From NCBI GenBank assembly GCA_964057225.1, contig CAXKVF010000079.1, forward strand, positions 186,001-250,000: a DNA stretch of 64,000 nucleotides. Direction: 5' to 3'. The translations under genes and the position numbers were made by a program. Source of the stretch: Auanema rhodensis (lineage: Eukaryota > Animalia > Nematoda). The notes below the pieces were generated by a model. It was not told the origin of the DNA. It searched no databases and worked only from the letters and a program-made list of their open reading frames with translations. The number at the start of each line of letters is the position of its first letter. Positions within the stretch are counted from its first letter, which is position 1. Positions 10,640-26,200 of the stretch are shown here, one piece after another.

Positions 10640-13460
10640 TGAACTTTAATTTATGCTAATTAAATGTACACGTGATGTGCACTTGGTATGTAACTCGCTT
10701 CACGTGAAAGATAAAAAGATGCGGTTTTCAAAATTAGATTCCCCATGTCCATATTAGTCTAAAAACAAATTTTTATCGATATTGGTTCATGGTAACCATG
10801 TCTTTGAAATTTACGTGAACTTTAATTTATGCTAATTAAATGTACACGTGATGTGCACTTGGTATGTAACTCGCTTCACGTGAAAGATAAAGAGATGCGG
10901 TTTTCAAAATTAGATTCCCCATGTCCATATTAGTCTAAAAACAAATTTTTATTGATATTGGTTCATGGTAACCATGTCTTTGAAATTTACGTGAACTTTA
11001 ATTCATGCTAATTAAATGTACACGTGATGTGCACTTGGTATGTAACTCGCTTCACGTAAAAGATAAAGAGATGCGGTTTTCAAAATTAGATTCCCCATGT
11101 CCATATTAGTCTAAAAACTAATTTTTATTGATATTGGTGCATGGTAACCATGACTTTGAAATTTACGTGAACTTTAATTCATGCTAATTAAATGTACACG
11201 TGATGTGCACTTGGTATGTAACTCGCTTCACGTAAAAGATAAAGAGATGCGGTTTTCAAAATTAGATTCCCCATGTCCATATTAGTTTAAAAACAAATTT
11301 TTATTGATATTGGTTCGTGGTAACCATGTCTTTGAAATTTACGTGAACTTTAATTTATGCTAATTAAATGTACACGTGATGTGCACTTGGTATGTAACTC
11401 GCTTCACGTGAAAGATAAAGAGATGCGGTTTTCAAAATTAGATTCCCCATGTCCATATTAGTCTAAAAACAAATTTTTATTGATATTGGTGCATGGTAAC
11501 CATGACTTTGAAATTTACGTGAACTTTAATTTATGCTAATTAAATGTACACGTGATGTGCACTTGGTATGTAACTCGCTTCACGTGAAAGATAAAGAGAT
11601 GCGGTTTTCAAAATTAGATTCCCCATGTCCATATTAGTCTAAAAACAAATTTTTATTGATATTGGTGCATGGTAACCATGACTTTGAAATTTACGTGAAC
11701 TTTAATTCATGCTAATTAAATGTACACGTGATGTGCACTTGGTATGTAACTCGCTTCACGTGAAAGATAAAGAGATGCGGTTTTCAAAATTAGATTCCCC
11801 ATGTCCATATTAGTCTAAAAACAAATTTTTATTGATATTGGTGCATGGTAACCATGACTTTGAAATTTACGTGAACTTTAATTCATGCTAATTAAATGTA
11901 CACGTGATGTGCACTTGGTATGTAACTCGCTTCACGTAAAAGATAAAGAGATGCGGTTTTCAAAATTAGATTCCCCATGTCCATATTAGTCTAAAAACAA
12001 ATTTTTATTGATATTGGTTCGTGGTAACCATGTCTTTGAAATTTACGTGAACTTTAATTTATGCTAATTAAATGTACACGTGATGTGCACTTGGTATGTA
12101 ACTCGCTTCACGTGAAAGATAAAAAGATGCGGTTTTCAAAATTAGATTCCCCATGTCCATATTAGTCTAAAAACAAATTTTTATCGATATTGGTTCATGG
12201 TAACCATGTCTTTGAAATTTACGTGAACTTTAATTTATGCTAATTAAATGTACACGTGATGTGCACTTGGTATGTAACTCGCTTCACGTGAAAGATAAAG
12301 AGATGCGGTTTTCAAAATTAGATTCCCCATGTCCATATTAGTCTAAAAACAAATTTTTATTGATATTGGTTCATGGTAACCATGTCTTTGAAATTTACGT
12401 GAACTTTAATTCATGCTAATTAAATGTACACGTGATGTGCACTTGGTATGTAACTCGCTTCACGTAAAAGATAAAGAGATGCGGTTTTCAAAATTAGATT
12501 CCCCATGTCCATATTAGTCTAAAAACTAATTTTTATTGATATTGGTGCATGGTAACCATGACTTTGAAATTTACGTGAACTTTAATTCATGCTAATTAAA
12601 TGTACACGTGATGTGCACTTGGTATGTAACTCGCTTCACGTAAAAGATAAAGAGATGCGGTTTTCAAAATTAGATTCCCCATGTCCATATTAGTTTAAAA
12701 ACAAATTTTTATTGATATTGGTTCGTGGTAACCATGTCTTTGAAATTTACGTGAACTTTAATTTATGCTAATTAAATGTACACGTGATGTGCACTTGGTA
12801 TGTAACTCGCTTCACGTGAAAGATAAAGAGATGCGGTTTTCAAAATTAGATTCCCCATGTCCATATTAGTCTAAAAACAAATTTTTATTGATATTGGTGC
12901 ATGGTAACCATGACTTTGAAATTTACGTGAACTTTAATTTATGCTAATTAAATGTACACGTGATGTGCACTTGGTATGTAACTCGCTTCACGTGAAAGAT
13001 AAAGAGATGCGGTTTTCAAAATTAGATTCCCCATGTCCATATTAGTCTAAAAACAAATTTTTATTGATATTGGTGCATGGTAACCATGACTTTGAAATTT
13101 ACGTGAACTTTAATTCATGCTAATTAAATGTACACGTGATGTGCACTTGGTATGTAACTCGCTTCACGTGAAAGATAAAGAGATGCGGTTTTCAAAATTA
13201 GATTCCCCATGTCCATATTAGTCTAAAAACAAATTTTTATTGATATTGGTGCATGGTAACCATGACTTTGAAATTTACGTGAACTTTAATTCATGCTAAT
13301 TAAATGTACACGTGATGTGCACTTGGTATGTAACTCGCTTCACGTAAAAGATAAAGAGATGCGGTTTTCAAAATTAGATTCCCCATGTCCATATTAGTCT
13401 AAAAACAAATTTTTATTGATATTGGTTCGTGGTAACCATGTCTTTGAAATTTACGTGAAC
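10640..13460. repeat. Tandem duplication of an 8-monomer (1408-bp) block
   Basis: Rare markers repeat at +1408: G159A 10716/12124, T44C 10777/12185, A34T 11119/12527, A56G 11317/12725 and 12021/13429. Confidence 0.9.
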
Positions 13461-16009
13461 TTTAATTTATGCTAATTAAATGTACACGTGATGTGCACTT
13501 GGTATGTAACTCGCTTCACGTGAAAGATAAAGAGATGCGGTTTTCAAAATTAGATTCCCCATGTCCATATTAGTCTAAAAACAAATTTTTATTGATATTG
13601 GTGCATGGTAACCATGACTTTGAAATTTACGTGAACTTTAATTCATGCTAATTAAATGTACACGTGATGTGCACTTGGTATGTAACTCGCTTCACGTAAA
13701 AGATAAAGAGATGCGGTTTTCAAAATTAGATTCCCCATGTCCATATTAGTCTAAAAACAAATTTTTATTGATATTGGTGCATGGTAACCATGACTTTGAA
13801 ACTTACGTGAACTTTAATTTATGCTAATTAAATGTACACGTGATGTGCACTTGGTATGTAACTCGCTTCACGTGAAAGATAAAGAGATGCGGTTTTCAAA
13901 ATTAGATTCCCCATGTCCATATTAGTCTAAAAACAAATTTTTATTGATATTGGTGCATGGTAACCATGACTTTGAAACTTACGTGAACTTTAATTTATGC
14001 TAATTAAATGTACACGTGATGTGCACTTGGTATGTAACTCGCTTCACGTGAAAGATAAAGAGATGCGGTTTTCAAAATTAGATTCCCCATGTCCATATTA
14101 GTCTAAAAACAAATTTTTATTGATATTGGTGCATGGTAACCATGACTTTGAAATTTACGTGAACTTTAATTCATGCTAATTAAATGTACACGTGATGTGC
14201 ACTTGGTATGTAACTCGCTTCACGTAAAAGATAAAGAGATGCGGTTTTCAAAATTAGATTCCCCATGTCCATATTAGTCTAAAAACAAATTTTTATTGAT
14301 ATTGGTTCGTGGTAACCATGTCTTTGAAATTTACGTGAACTTTAATTTATGCTAATTAAATGTACACGTGATGTGCACTTGGTATGTAACTCGCTTCACG
14401 TGAAAGATAAAGAGATGCGGTTTTCAAAATTAGATTCCCCATGTCCATATTAGTCTAAAAACAAATTTTTATTGATATTGGTGCATGGTAACCATGACTT
14501 TGAAACTTACGTGAACTTTAATTTATGCTAATTAAATGTACACGTGATGTGCACTTGGTATGTAACTCGCTTCACGTGAAAGATAAAGAGATGCGGTTTT
14601 CAAAATTAGATTCCCCATGTCCATATTAGTCTAAAAACAAATTTTTATTGATATTGGTGCATGGTAACCATGACTTTGAAATTTACGTGAACTTTAATTC
14701 ATGCTAATTAAATGTACACGTGATGTGCACTTGGTATGTAACTCGCTTCACGTGAAAAATAAAGAGATGCGGTTTTCAAAATTAGATTCCCCATGTCCAT
14801 ATTAGTCTAAAAACAAATTTTTATTGATATTGGTTCATGGTAACCATGTCTTTGAAATTTACGTGAACTTTAATTTATGCTAATTAAATGTACACGTGAT
14901 GTGCACTTGGTATGTAACTCGCTTCACGTGAAAGATAAAGAGATGCGGTTTTCAAAATTAGATTCCCCATGTCCATATTAGTCTAAAAACAAATTTTTAT
15001 TGATATTGGTTCATGGTAACCATGACTTTGAAATTTACGTGAACTTTAATTTATGCTAATTAAATGTACACGTGATGTGCACTTGGTATGTAACTCGCTT
15101 CACGTGAAAGATAAAGAGATGCGGTTTTCAAAATTAGATTCCCCATGTCCATATTAGTCTAAAAACGAATTTTTATTGATATTGGTGCATGGTAACCATG
15201 ACTTTGAAATTTACGTGAACTTTAATTCATGCTAATTAAATGTACACGTGATGTGCACTTGGTATGTAACTCGCTTCACGTGAAAGATAAAGAGATGCGG
15301 TTTTCAAAATTAGATTCCCCATGTCCATATTAGTCTAAAAACAAATTTTTATTGATATTGGTGCATGGTAACCATGACTTTGAAATTTACGTGAACTTTA
15401 ATTTATGCTAATTAAATGTACACGTGATGTGCACTTGGTATGTAACTCGCTTCACGTGAAAGATAAAGAGATGCGGTTTTCAAAATTAGATTCCCCATGT
15501 CCATATTAGTCTAAAAACAAATTTTTATTGATATTGGTGCATGGTAACCATGACTTTGAAATTTACGTGAACTTTAATTTATGCTAATTAAATGTACACG
15601 TGATGTGCACTTGGTATGTAACTCGCTTCACGTGAAAGATAAAGAGATGCGGTTTTCAAAATTAGATTCCCCATGTCCATATTAGTCTAAAAACAAATTT
15701 TTATTGATATTGGTGCATGGTAACCATGACTTTGAAATTTACGTGAACTTTAATTCATGCTAATTAAATGTACACGTGATGTGCACTTGGTATGTAACTC
15801 GCTTCACGTGAAAGATAAAGAGATGCGGTTTTCAAAATTAGATTCCCCATGTCCATATTAGTCTAAAAACAAATTTTTATTGATATTGGTTCATGGTAAC
15901 CATGTCTTTGAAATTTACGTGAACTTTAATTTATGCTAATTAAATGTACACGTGATGTGCACTTGGTATGTAACTCGCTTCACGTGAAAGATAAAGAGAT
16001 GCGGTTTTC

Positions 16010-19000
16010 AAAATTAGATTCCCCATGTCCATATTAGTCTAAAAACAAATTTTTATTGATATTGGTGCATGGTAACCATGACTTTGAAATTTACGTGAAC
16101 TTTAATTCATTCTAATTAAATGTACACGTGATGTGCACTTGGTATGTAACTCGCTTCACGTAAAAGATAAAGAGACGCGGTTTTCAAAATTAGATTCCCC
16201 ATGTCCATATTAGTCTAAAAACAAATTTTTATTGATATTGGTTCGTGGTAACCATGTCTTTGAAATTTACGTGAACTTTAATTTATGCTAATTAAATGTA
16301 CACGTGATGTGCACTTGGTATGTAACTCGCTTCACGTGAAAGATAAAGAGATGCGGTTTTCAAAATTAGATTCTCCATGTCCATATTAGTCTAAAAACAA
16401 ATTTTTATTGATATTGGTTCATGGTAACCATGACTTTGAAATTTACGTGAACTTTAATTTATGCTAATTAAATGTACACGTGATGTGCACTTGGTATGTA
16501 ACTCGCTTCACGTAAAAGATAAAGAGACGCGGTTTTCAAAATTAGATTCCCCATGTCCATATTAGTCTAAAAACAAATTTTTATTGATATTGGTGCATGG
16601 TAACCATGACTTTGAAACTTACGTGAACTTTAATTTATGCTAATTAAATGTACACGTGATGTGCACTTGGTATGTAACTCGCTTCACGTGAAAGATAAAG
16701 AGATGCGGTTTTCAAAATTAGATTCCCCATGTCCATATTAGTCTAAAAACAAATTTTTATTGATATTGGTGCATGGTAACCATGACTTTGAAATTTACGT
16801 GAACTTTAATTCATGCTAATTAAATGTACACGTGATGTGCACTTGGTATGTAACTCGCTTCACGTGAAAGATAAAGAGATGCGGTTTTCAAAATTAGATT
16901 CCCCATGTCCATATTAGTCTAAAAACAAATTTTTATTGATATTGGTTCATGGTAACCATGTCTTTGAAATTTACGTGAACTTTAATTTATGCTAATTAAA
17001 TGTACACGTGATGTGCACTTGGTATGTAACTCGCTTCACGTGAAAGATAAAGAGATGCGGTTTTCAAAATTAGATTCCCCATGTCCATATTAGTCTAAAA
17101 ACAAATTTTTATTGATATTGGTGCATGGTAACCATGACTTTGAAATTTACGTGAACTTTAATTTATGCTAATTAAATGTACACGTGATGTGCACTTGGTA
17201 TGTAACTCGCTTCACGTGAAAGATAAAGAGATGCGGTTTTCAAAATTAGATTCCCCATGTCCATATTAGTCTAAAAACAAATTTTTATTGATATTGGTGC
17301 ATGGTAACCATGACTTTGAAATTTACGTGAACTTTAATTTATGCTAATTAAATGTACACGTGATGTGCACTTGGTATGTAACTCGCTTCACGTGAAAGAT
17401 AAAGAGATGCGGTTTTCAAAATTAGATTCCCCATGTCCATATTAGTCTAAAAACAAATTTTTATTGATATTGGTGCATGGTAACCATGACTTGAAATTTA
17501 CGTGAACTTTAATTCATGCTAATTAAATGTACACGTGATGTGCACTTGGTATGTAACTCGCTTCACGTGAAAGATAAAGAGATGCGGTTTTCAAAATTAG
17601 ATTCCCCATGTCCATATTAGTCTAAAAACAAATTTTTATTGATATTGGTGCATGGTAACCATGACTTTGAAATTTACGTGAACTTTAATTCATTCTAATT
17701 AAATGTACACGTGATGTGCACTTGGTATGTAACTCGCTTCACGTAAAAGATAAAGAGACGCGGTTTTCAAAATTAGATTCCCCATGTCCATATTAGTCTA
17801 AAAACAAATTTTTATTGATATTGGTGCATGGTAACCATGACTTTGAAATTTACGTGAACTTTAATTCATTCTAATTAAATGTACACGTGATGTGCACTTG
17901 GTATGTAACTCGCTTCACGTGAAAGATAAAGAGATGCGGTTTTCAAAATTAGATTCCCCATGTCCATATTAGTCTAAAAACAAATTTTTATTGATATTGG
18001 TGCATGGTAACCATGACTTTGAAATTTACGTGAACTTTAATTCATTCTAATTAAATGTACACGTGATGTGCACTTGGTATGTAACTCGCTTCACGTAAAA
18101 GATAAAGAGACGCGGTTTTCAAAATTAGATTCCCCATGTCCATATTAGTCTAAAAACAAATTTTTATTGATATTGGTTCGTGGTAACCATGTCTTTGAAA
18201 TTTACGTGAACTTTAATTTATGCTAATTAAATGTACACGTGATGTGCACTTGGTATGTAACTCGCTTCACGTGAAAGATAAAGAGATGCGGTTTTCAAAA
18301 TTAGATTCCCCATGTCCATATTAGTCTAAAAACAAATTTTTATTGATATTGGTTCATGGTAACCATGACTTTGAAATTTACGTGAACTTTAATTTATGCT
18401 AATTAAATGTACACGTGATGTGCACTTGGTATGTAACTCGCTTCACGTAAAAGATAAAGAGACGCGGTTTTCAAAATTAGATTCCCCATGTCCATATTAG
18501 TCTAAAAACAAATTTTTATTGATATTGGTGCATGGTAACCATGACTTTGAAACTTACGTGAACTTTAATTTATGCTAATTAAATGTACACGTGATGTGCA
18601 CTTGGTATGTAACTCGCTTCACGTGAAAGATAAAGAGATGCGGTTTTCAAAATTAGATTCCCCATGTCCATATTAGTCTAAAAACAAATTTTTATTGATA
18701 TTGGTGCATGGTAACCATGACTTTGAAATTTACGTGAACTTTAATTCATGCTAATTAAATGTACACGTGATGTGCACTTGGTATGTAACTCGCTTCACGT
18801 GAAAGATAAAGAGATGCGGTTTTCAAAATTAGATTCCCCATGTCCATATTAGTCTAAAAACAAATTTTTATTGATATTGGTTCATGGTAACCATGTCTTT
18901 GAAATTTACGTGAACTTTAATTCATGCTAATTAAATGTACACGTGATGTGCACTTGGTATGTAACTCGCTTCACGTGAAAGATAAAGAGATGCGGTTTTC

Positions 19001-22000
19001 AAAATTAGATTCCCCATGTCCATATTAGTCTAAAAACAAATTTTTATTGATATTGGTGCATGGTAACCATGACTTTGAAATTTACGTGAACTTTAATTTA
19101 TGCTAATTAAATGTACACGTGATGTGCACTTGGTATGTAACTCGCTTCACGTGAAAGATAAAGAGATGCGGTTTTCAAAATTAGATTCCCCATGTCCATA
19201 TTAGTCTAAAAACAAATTTTTATTGATATTGGTGCATGGTAACCATGACTTTGAAATTTACGTGAACTTTAATTTATGCTAATTAAATGTACACGTGATG
19301 TGCACTTGGTATGTAACTCGCTTCACGTGAAAGATAAAGAGATGCGGTTTTCAAAATTAGATTCCCCATGTCCATATTAGTCTAAAAACAAATTTTTATT
19401 GATATTGGTGCATGGTAACCATGACTTGAAATTTACGTGAACTTTAATTCATGCTAATTAAATGTACACGTGATGTGCACTTGGTATGTAACTCGCTTCA
19501 CGTGAAAGATAAAGAGATGCGGTTTTCAAAATTAGATTCCCCATGTCCATATTAGTCTAAAAACAAATTTTTATTGATATTGGTGCATGGTAACCATGAC
19601 TTTGAAATTTACGTGAACTTTAATTCATTCTAATTAAATGTACACGTGATGTGCACTTGGTATGTAACTCGCTTCACGTAAAAGATAAAGAGACGCGGTT
19701 TTCAAAATTAGATTCCCCATGTCCATATTAGTCTAAAAACAAATTTTTATTGATATTGGTTCGTGGTAACCATGTCTTTGAAATTTACGTGAACTTTAAT
19801 TTATGCTAATTAAATGTACACGTGATGTGCACTTGGTATGTAACTCGCTTCACGTGAAAGATAAAGAGATGCGGTTTTCAAAATTAGATTCCCCATGTCC
19901 ATATTAGTCTAAAAACAAATTTTTATTGATATTGGTTCATGGTAACCATGACTTTGAAATTTACGTGAACTTTAATTTATGCTAATTAAATGTACACGTG
20001 ATGTGCACTTGGTATGTAACTCGCTTCACGTAAAAGATAAAGAGACGCGGTTTTCAAAATTAGATTCCCCATGTCCATATTAGTCTAAAAACAAATTTTT
20101 ATTGATATTGGTGCATGGTAACCATGACTTTGAAACTTACGTGAACTTTAATTTATGCTAATTAAATGTACACGTGATGTGCACTTGGTATGTAACTCGC
20201 TTCACGTGAAAGATAAAGAGATGCGGTTTTCAAAATTAGATTCCCCATGTCCATATTAGTCTAAAAACAAATTTTTATTGATATTGGTGCATGGTAACCA
20301 TGACTTTGAAATTTACGTGAACTTTAATTCATGCTAATTAAATGTACACGTGATGTGCACTTGGTATGTAACTCGCTTCACATGAAAGATAAAGAGATGC
20401 GGTTTTCAAAATTAGATTCCCCATGTCCATATTAGTCTAAAAACAAATTTTTATTGATATTGGTTCATGGTAACCATGTCTTTGAAATTTACGTGAACTT
20501 TAATTTATGCTAATTAAATGTACACGTGATGTGCACTTGGTATGTAACTCGCTTCACGTGAAAGATAAAGAGATGCGGTTTTCAAAATTAGATTCCCCAT
20601 GTCCATATTAGTCTAAAAACAAATTTTTATTGATATTGGTGCATGGTAACCATGACTTTGAAATTTACGTGAACTTTAATTTATGCTAATTAAATGTACA
20701 CGTGATGTGCACTTGGTATGTAACTCGCTTCACGTGAAAGATAAAGAGATGCGGTTTTCAAAATTAGATTCCCCATGTCCATATTAGTCTAAAAACAAAT
20801 TTTTATTGATATTGGTGCATGGTAACCATGACTTGAAATTTACGTGAACTTTAATTCATGCTAATTAAATGTACACGTGATGTGCACTTGGTATGTAACT
20901 CGCTTCACGTGAAAGATAAAGAGATGCGGTTTTCAAAATTAGATTCCCCATGTCCATATTAGTCTAAAAACAAATTTTTATTGATATTGGTGCATGGTAA
21001 CCATGACTTTGAAATTTACGTGAACTTTAATTCATTCTAATTAAATGTACACGTGATGTGCACTTGGTATGTAACTCGCTTCACGTAAAAGATAAAGAGA
21101 CGCGGTTTTCAAAATTAGATTCCCCATGTCCATATTAGTCTAAAAACAAATTTTTATTGATATTGGTTCGTGGTAACCATGTCTTTGAAATTTACGTGAA
21201 CTTTAATTTATGCTAATTAAATGTACACGTGATGTGCACTTGGTATGTAACTCGCTTCACGTGAAAGATAAAGAGATGCGGTTTTCAAAATTAGATTCCC
21301 CATGTCCATATTAGTCTAAAAACAAATTTTTATTGATATTGGTTCATGGTAACCATGACTTTGAAATTTACGTGAACTTTAATTTATGCTAATTAAATGT
21401 ACACGTGATGTGCACTTGGTATGTAACTCGCTTCACGTAAAAGATAAAGAGACGCGGTTTTCAAAATTAGATTCCCCATGTCCATATTAGTCTAAAAACA
21501 AATTTTTATTGATATTGGTGCATGGTAACCATGACTTTGAAACTTACGTGAACTTTAATTTATGCTAATTAAATGTACACGTGATGTGCACTTGGTATGT
21601 AACTCGCTTCACGTGAAAGATAAAGAGATGCGGTTTTCAAAATTAGATTCCCCATGTCCATATTAGTCTAAAAACAAATTTTTATTGATATTGGTGCATG
21701 GTAACCATGACTTTGAAATTTACGTGAACTTTAATTCATGCTAATTAAATGTACACGTGATGTGCACTTGGTATGTAACTCGCTTCACGTGAAAGATAAA
21801 GAGATGCGGTTTTCAAAATTAGATTCCCCATGTCCATATTAGTCTAAAAACAAATTTTTATTGATATTGGTTCATGGTAACCATGTCTTTGAAATTTACG
21901 TGAACTTTAATTTATGCTAATTAAATGTACACGTGATGTGCACTTGGTATGTAACTCGCTTCACGTGAAAGATAAAGAGATGCGGTTTTCAAAATTAGAT

Positions 22001-22500
22001 TCCCCATGTCCATATTAGTCTAAAAACAAATTTTTATTGATATTGGTGCATGGTAACCATGACTTTGAAATTTACGTGAACTTTAATTTATGCTAATTAA
22101 ATGTACACGTGATGTGCACTTGGTATGTAACTCGCTTCACGTGAAAGATAAAGAGATGCGGTTTTCAAAATTAGATTCCCCATGTCCATATTAGTCTAAA
22201 AACAAATTTTTATTGATATTGGTGCATGGTAACCATGACTTTGAAATTTACGTGAACTTTAATTTATGCTAATTAAATGTACACGTGATGTGCACTTGGT
22301 ATGTAACTCGCTTCACGTGAAAGATAAAGAGATGCGGTTTTCAAAATTAGATTCCCCATGTCCATATTAGTCTAAAAACAAATTTTTATTGATATTGGTG
22401 CATGGTAACCATGACTTGAAATTTACGTGAACTTTAATTCATGCTAATTAAATGTACACGTGATGTGCACTTGGTATGTAACTCGCTTCACGTGAAAGAT
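16010..22500. repeat. Higher-order repeat, basic 9-mer (1583 bp), about 4 copies with 11-mer and 8-mer variants
   Basis: G98T at 16111, 17694, 17870, 18046, 19629, 21036. T163C at 16176, 16528, 17759, 18111, 18463, 19694, 20046, 21101, 21453. A 1-bp deletion (GACTTGAA) near 17491, 19426, 20833 and 22416 gives spacings of 1935, 1407 and 1583. Confidence 0.9.
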
Positions 22501-23299
22501 AAAGAGATGCGGTTTTCAAAATTAGATTCCCCATGTCCATATTAGTCTAAAAACAAATTTTTATTGATATTGGTGCATGGTAACCATGACTTTGAAATTT
22601 ACGTGAACTTTAATTTATGCTAATTAAATGTACACGTGATGTGCACTTGGTATGTAACTCGCTTCACGTGAAAGATAAAGAGATGCGGTTTTCAAAATTA
22701 GATTCCCCATGTCCATATTAGTCTAAAAACAAATTTTTATTGATATTGGTGCATGGTAACCATGACTTTGAAATTTACGTGAACTTTAATTTATGCTAAT
22801 TAAATGTACACGTGATGTGCACTTGGTATGTAACTCGCTTCACGTGAAAGATAAAGAGATGCGGTTTTCAAAATTAGATTCCCCATGTCCATATTAGTCT
22901 AAAAACAAATTTTTATTGATATTGGTGCATGGTAACCATGACTTTGAAATTTACGTGAACTTTAATTCATGCTAATTAAATGTACACGTGATGTGCACTT
23001 GGTATGTAACTCGCTTCACGTGAAAGATAAAGAGATGCGGTTTTCAAAATTAGATTCCCCATGTCCATATAAGTCTAAAAACAAATTTTTATTGATATTG
23101 GTTCATGGTAACCATGTCTTTGAAATTTACGTGAACTTTAATTTATGCTAATTAAATGTACACGTGATGTGCACTTGGTATGTAACTCGCTTCACGTGAA
23201 AGATAAAGAGATGCGGTTTTCAAAATTAGATTCCCCATGTCCATATTAGTCTAAAAACAAATTTTTATTGATATTGGTTCATGGTAACCATGTCTTTGA

Positions 23300-26200
23300 A
23301 ATTTACGTGAACTTTAATTTATGCTAATTAAATGTACACGTGATGTGCACTTGGTATGTAACTCGCTTCATGTGAAAGATAAAGAGATGCGGTTTTCAAA
23401 ATTAGATTCCCCATGTCCATATTAGTCTAAAAACAAATTTTTATTGATATTGGTGCATGGTAACCATGACTTTGAAATTTACGTGAACTTTAATTTATGC
23501 TAATTAAATGTACACGTGATGTGCACTTGGTATGTAACTCGCTTCACGTGAAAGATAAAGAGATGCGGTTTTCAAAATTAGATTCCCCATGTCCATATTA
23601 GTCTAAAAACAAATTTTTATTGATATTGGTGCATGGTAACCATGACTTTGAAATTTACGTGAACTTTAATTTATGCTAATTAAATGTACACGTGATGTGC
23701 ACTTGGTATGTAACTCGCTTCACGTGAAAGATAAAGAGATGCGGTTTTCAAAATTAGATTCCCCATGTCCATATTAGTCTAAAAACGAATTTTTATTGAT
23801 ATTGGTGCATGGTAACCATGACTTTGAAATTTACGTGAACTTTAATTCATGCTAATTAAATGTACACGTGATGTGCACTTGGTATGTAACTCGCTTCACG
23901 TGAAAGATAAAGAGATACGGTTTTCAAAATTAGATTCCCCATGTCCATATTAGTCTTAAAACAAATTTTTATTGATATTGGTTCATGGTAACCATGTCTT
24001 TGAAATTTACGTGAACTTTAATTTATGCTAATTAAATGTACACGTGATGTGCACTTGGTATGTAACTCGCTTCATGTGAAAGATAAAGAGATGCGGTTTC
24101 CAAAATTAGATTCCCCATGTCCATATTAGTCTAAAAACAAATTTTTATTGATATTGGTGCATGGTAACCATGACTTTGAAATTTACGTGAACTTTAATTT
24201 ATGCTAATTAAATGTACACGTGATGTGCACTTGGTATGTAACTCGCTTCACGTGAAAGATAAAGAGATGCGGTTTTCAAAATTAGATTCCCCATGTCCAT
24301 ATTAGTCTAAAAACAAATTTTTATTGATATTGGTTCATGGTAACCATGTCTTTGAAATTTACGTGAACTTTAATTTATGCTAATTAAATGTACACGTGAT
24401 GTGCACTTGGTATATAACTCGCTTCATGTGAAAGATAAAGAGATGCGGTTTTCAAAATTAGATTCCCCATGTCCATATTAGTCTAAAAACAAATTTTTAT
24501 TGATATTGGTGCATGGTAACCATGACTTTGAAATTTACGTGAACTTTAATTTATGCTAATTAAATGTACACGTGATGTGCACTTGGTATGTAACTCGCTT
24601 CACGTGAAAGATAAAGAGATGCGGTTTTCAAAATTAGATTCCCCATGTCCATATTAGTCTAAAAACAAATTTTTATTGATATTGGTGCATGGTAACCATG
24701 ACTTTGAAATTTACGTGAACTTTAATTTATGCTAATTAAATGTACACGTGATGTGCACTTGGTATGTAACTCGCTTCACGTGAAAGATAAAGAGATGCGG
24801 TTTTCAAAATTAGATTCCCCATGTCCATATTAGTCTAAAAACAAATTTTTATTGATATTGGTGCATGGTAACCATGACTTTGAAATTTACGTGAACTTTA
24901 ATTTATGCTAATTAAATGTACACGTGATGTGCACTTGGTATGTAACTCGCTTCACGTGAAAGATAAAGAGATGCGGTTTTCAAAATTAGATTCCCCATGT
25001 CCATATTAGTCTAAAAACAAATTTTTATTGATATTGGTTCATGGTAACCATGTCTTTGAAATTTACGTGAACTTTAATTTATGCTAATTAAATGTACACG
25101 TGATGTGCACTTGGTATGTAACTCGCTTCATGTGAAAGATAAAGAGATGCGGTTTTCAAAATTAGATTCCCCATGTCCATATTAGTCTAAAAACAAATTT
25201 TTATTGATATTGGTGCATGGTAACCATGACTTTGAAATTTACGTGAACTTTAATTTATGCTAATTAAATGTACACGTGATGTGCACTTGGTATGTAACTC
25301 GCTTCACGTGAAAGATAAAGAGATGCGGTTTTCAAAATTAGATTCCCCATGTCCATATTAGTCTAAAAACAAATTTTTATTGATATTGGTGCATGGTAAC
25401 CATGACTTTGAATTTTACGTGAACTTTAATTTATGCTAATTAAATGTACACGTGATGTGCACTTGGTATGTAACTCGCTTCACGTGAAAGATAAAGAGAT
25501 GCGGTTTTCAAAATTAGATTCCCCATGTCCATATTAGTCTAAAAACAAATTTTTATTGATATTGGTTCATGGTAACTATGACTTTGAAATTTACGTGAAC
25601 TTTAATTTATGCTAATTAAATGTACACGTGATGTGCACTTGGTATGTAACTCGCTTCACGTGAAAGATAAAGAGATGCGGTTTTCAAAATTAGATTCCCC
25701 ATGTCCATATTAGTCTGAAAACAAATTTTTATTGATATTGGTGCATGGTAACCATGACTTTGAAATTTACGTGAACTTTAATTCATGCTAATTAAATGTA
25801 CACGTGATGTGCACTTGGTATGTAACTCGCTTCACGTGAAAGATAAAGAGATGCGGTTTTCAAAATTAGATTCCCCATGTCCATATTAGTCTAAAAACAA
25901 ATTTTTATTGATATTGGTTCATGGTAACCATGTCTTTGAAATTTACGTGAACTTTAATTTATGCTAATTAAATGTACACGTGATGTGCACTTGGTATGTA
26001 ACTCGCTTCATGTGAAAGATAAAGAGATGCGGTTTTCAAAATTAGATTCCCCATGTCCATATTAGTCTAAAAACAAATTTTTATTGATATTGGTGCATGG
26101 TAACCATGACTTTGAATTTTACGTGAACTTTAATTTATGCTAATTAAATGTACACGTGATGTGCACTTGGTATGTAACTCGCTTCACGTGGAAGATAAAG

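Larger units (their letters stand above)
1..22440. repeat. Array sub-domain I (monomers carrying A56G, frequent T95C+G149A, T77C)
   Basis: TTCGTGG (A56G) is seen at 408, 2167, 2695, 2871, 3575, 3751, 4279, 5511, 6039, 11317, 12021, 12725, 13429, 14309, 16245, 18180, 19763 and 21170, and not noticed afterwards. Boundary approximate. Confidence 0.75.
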
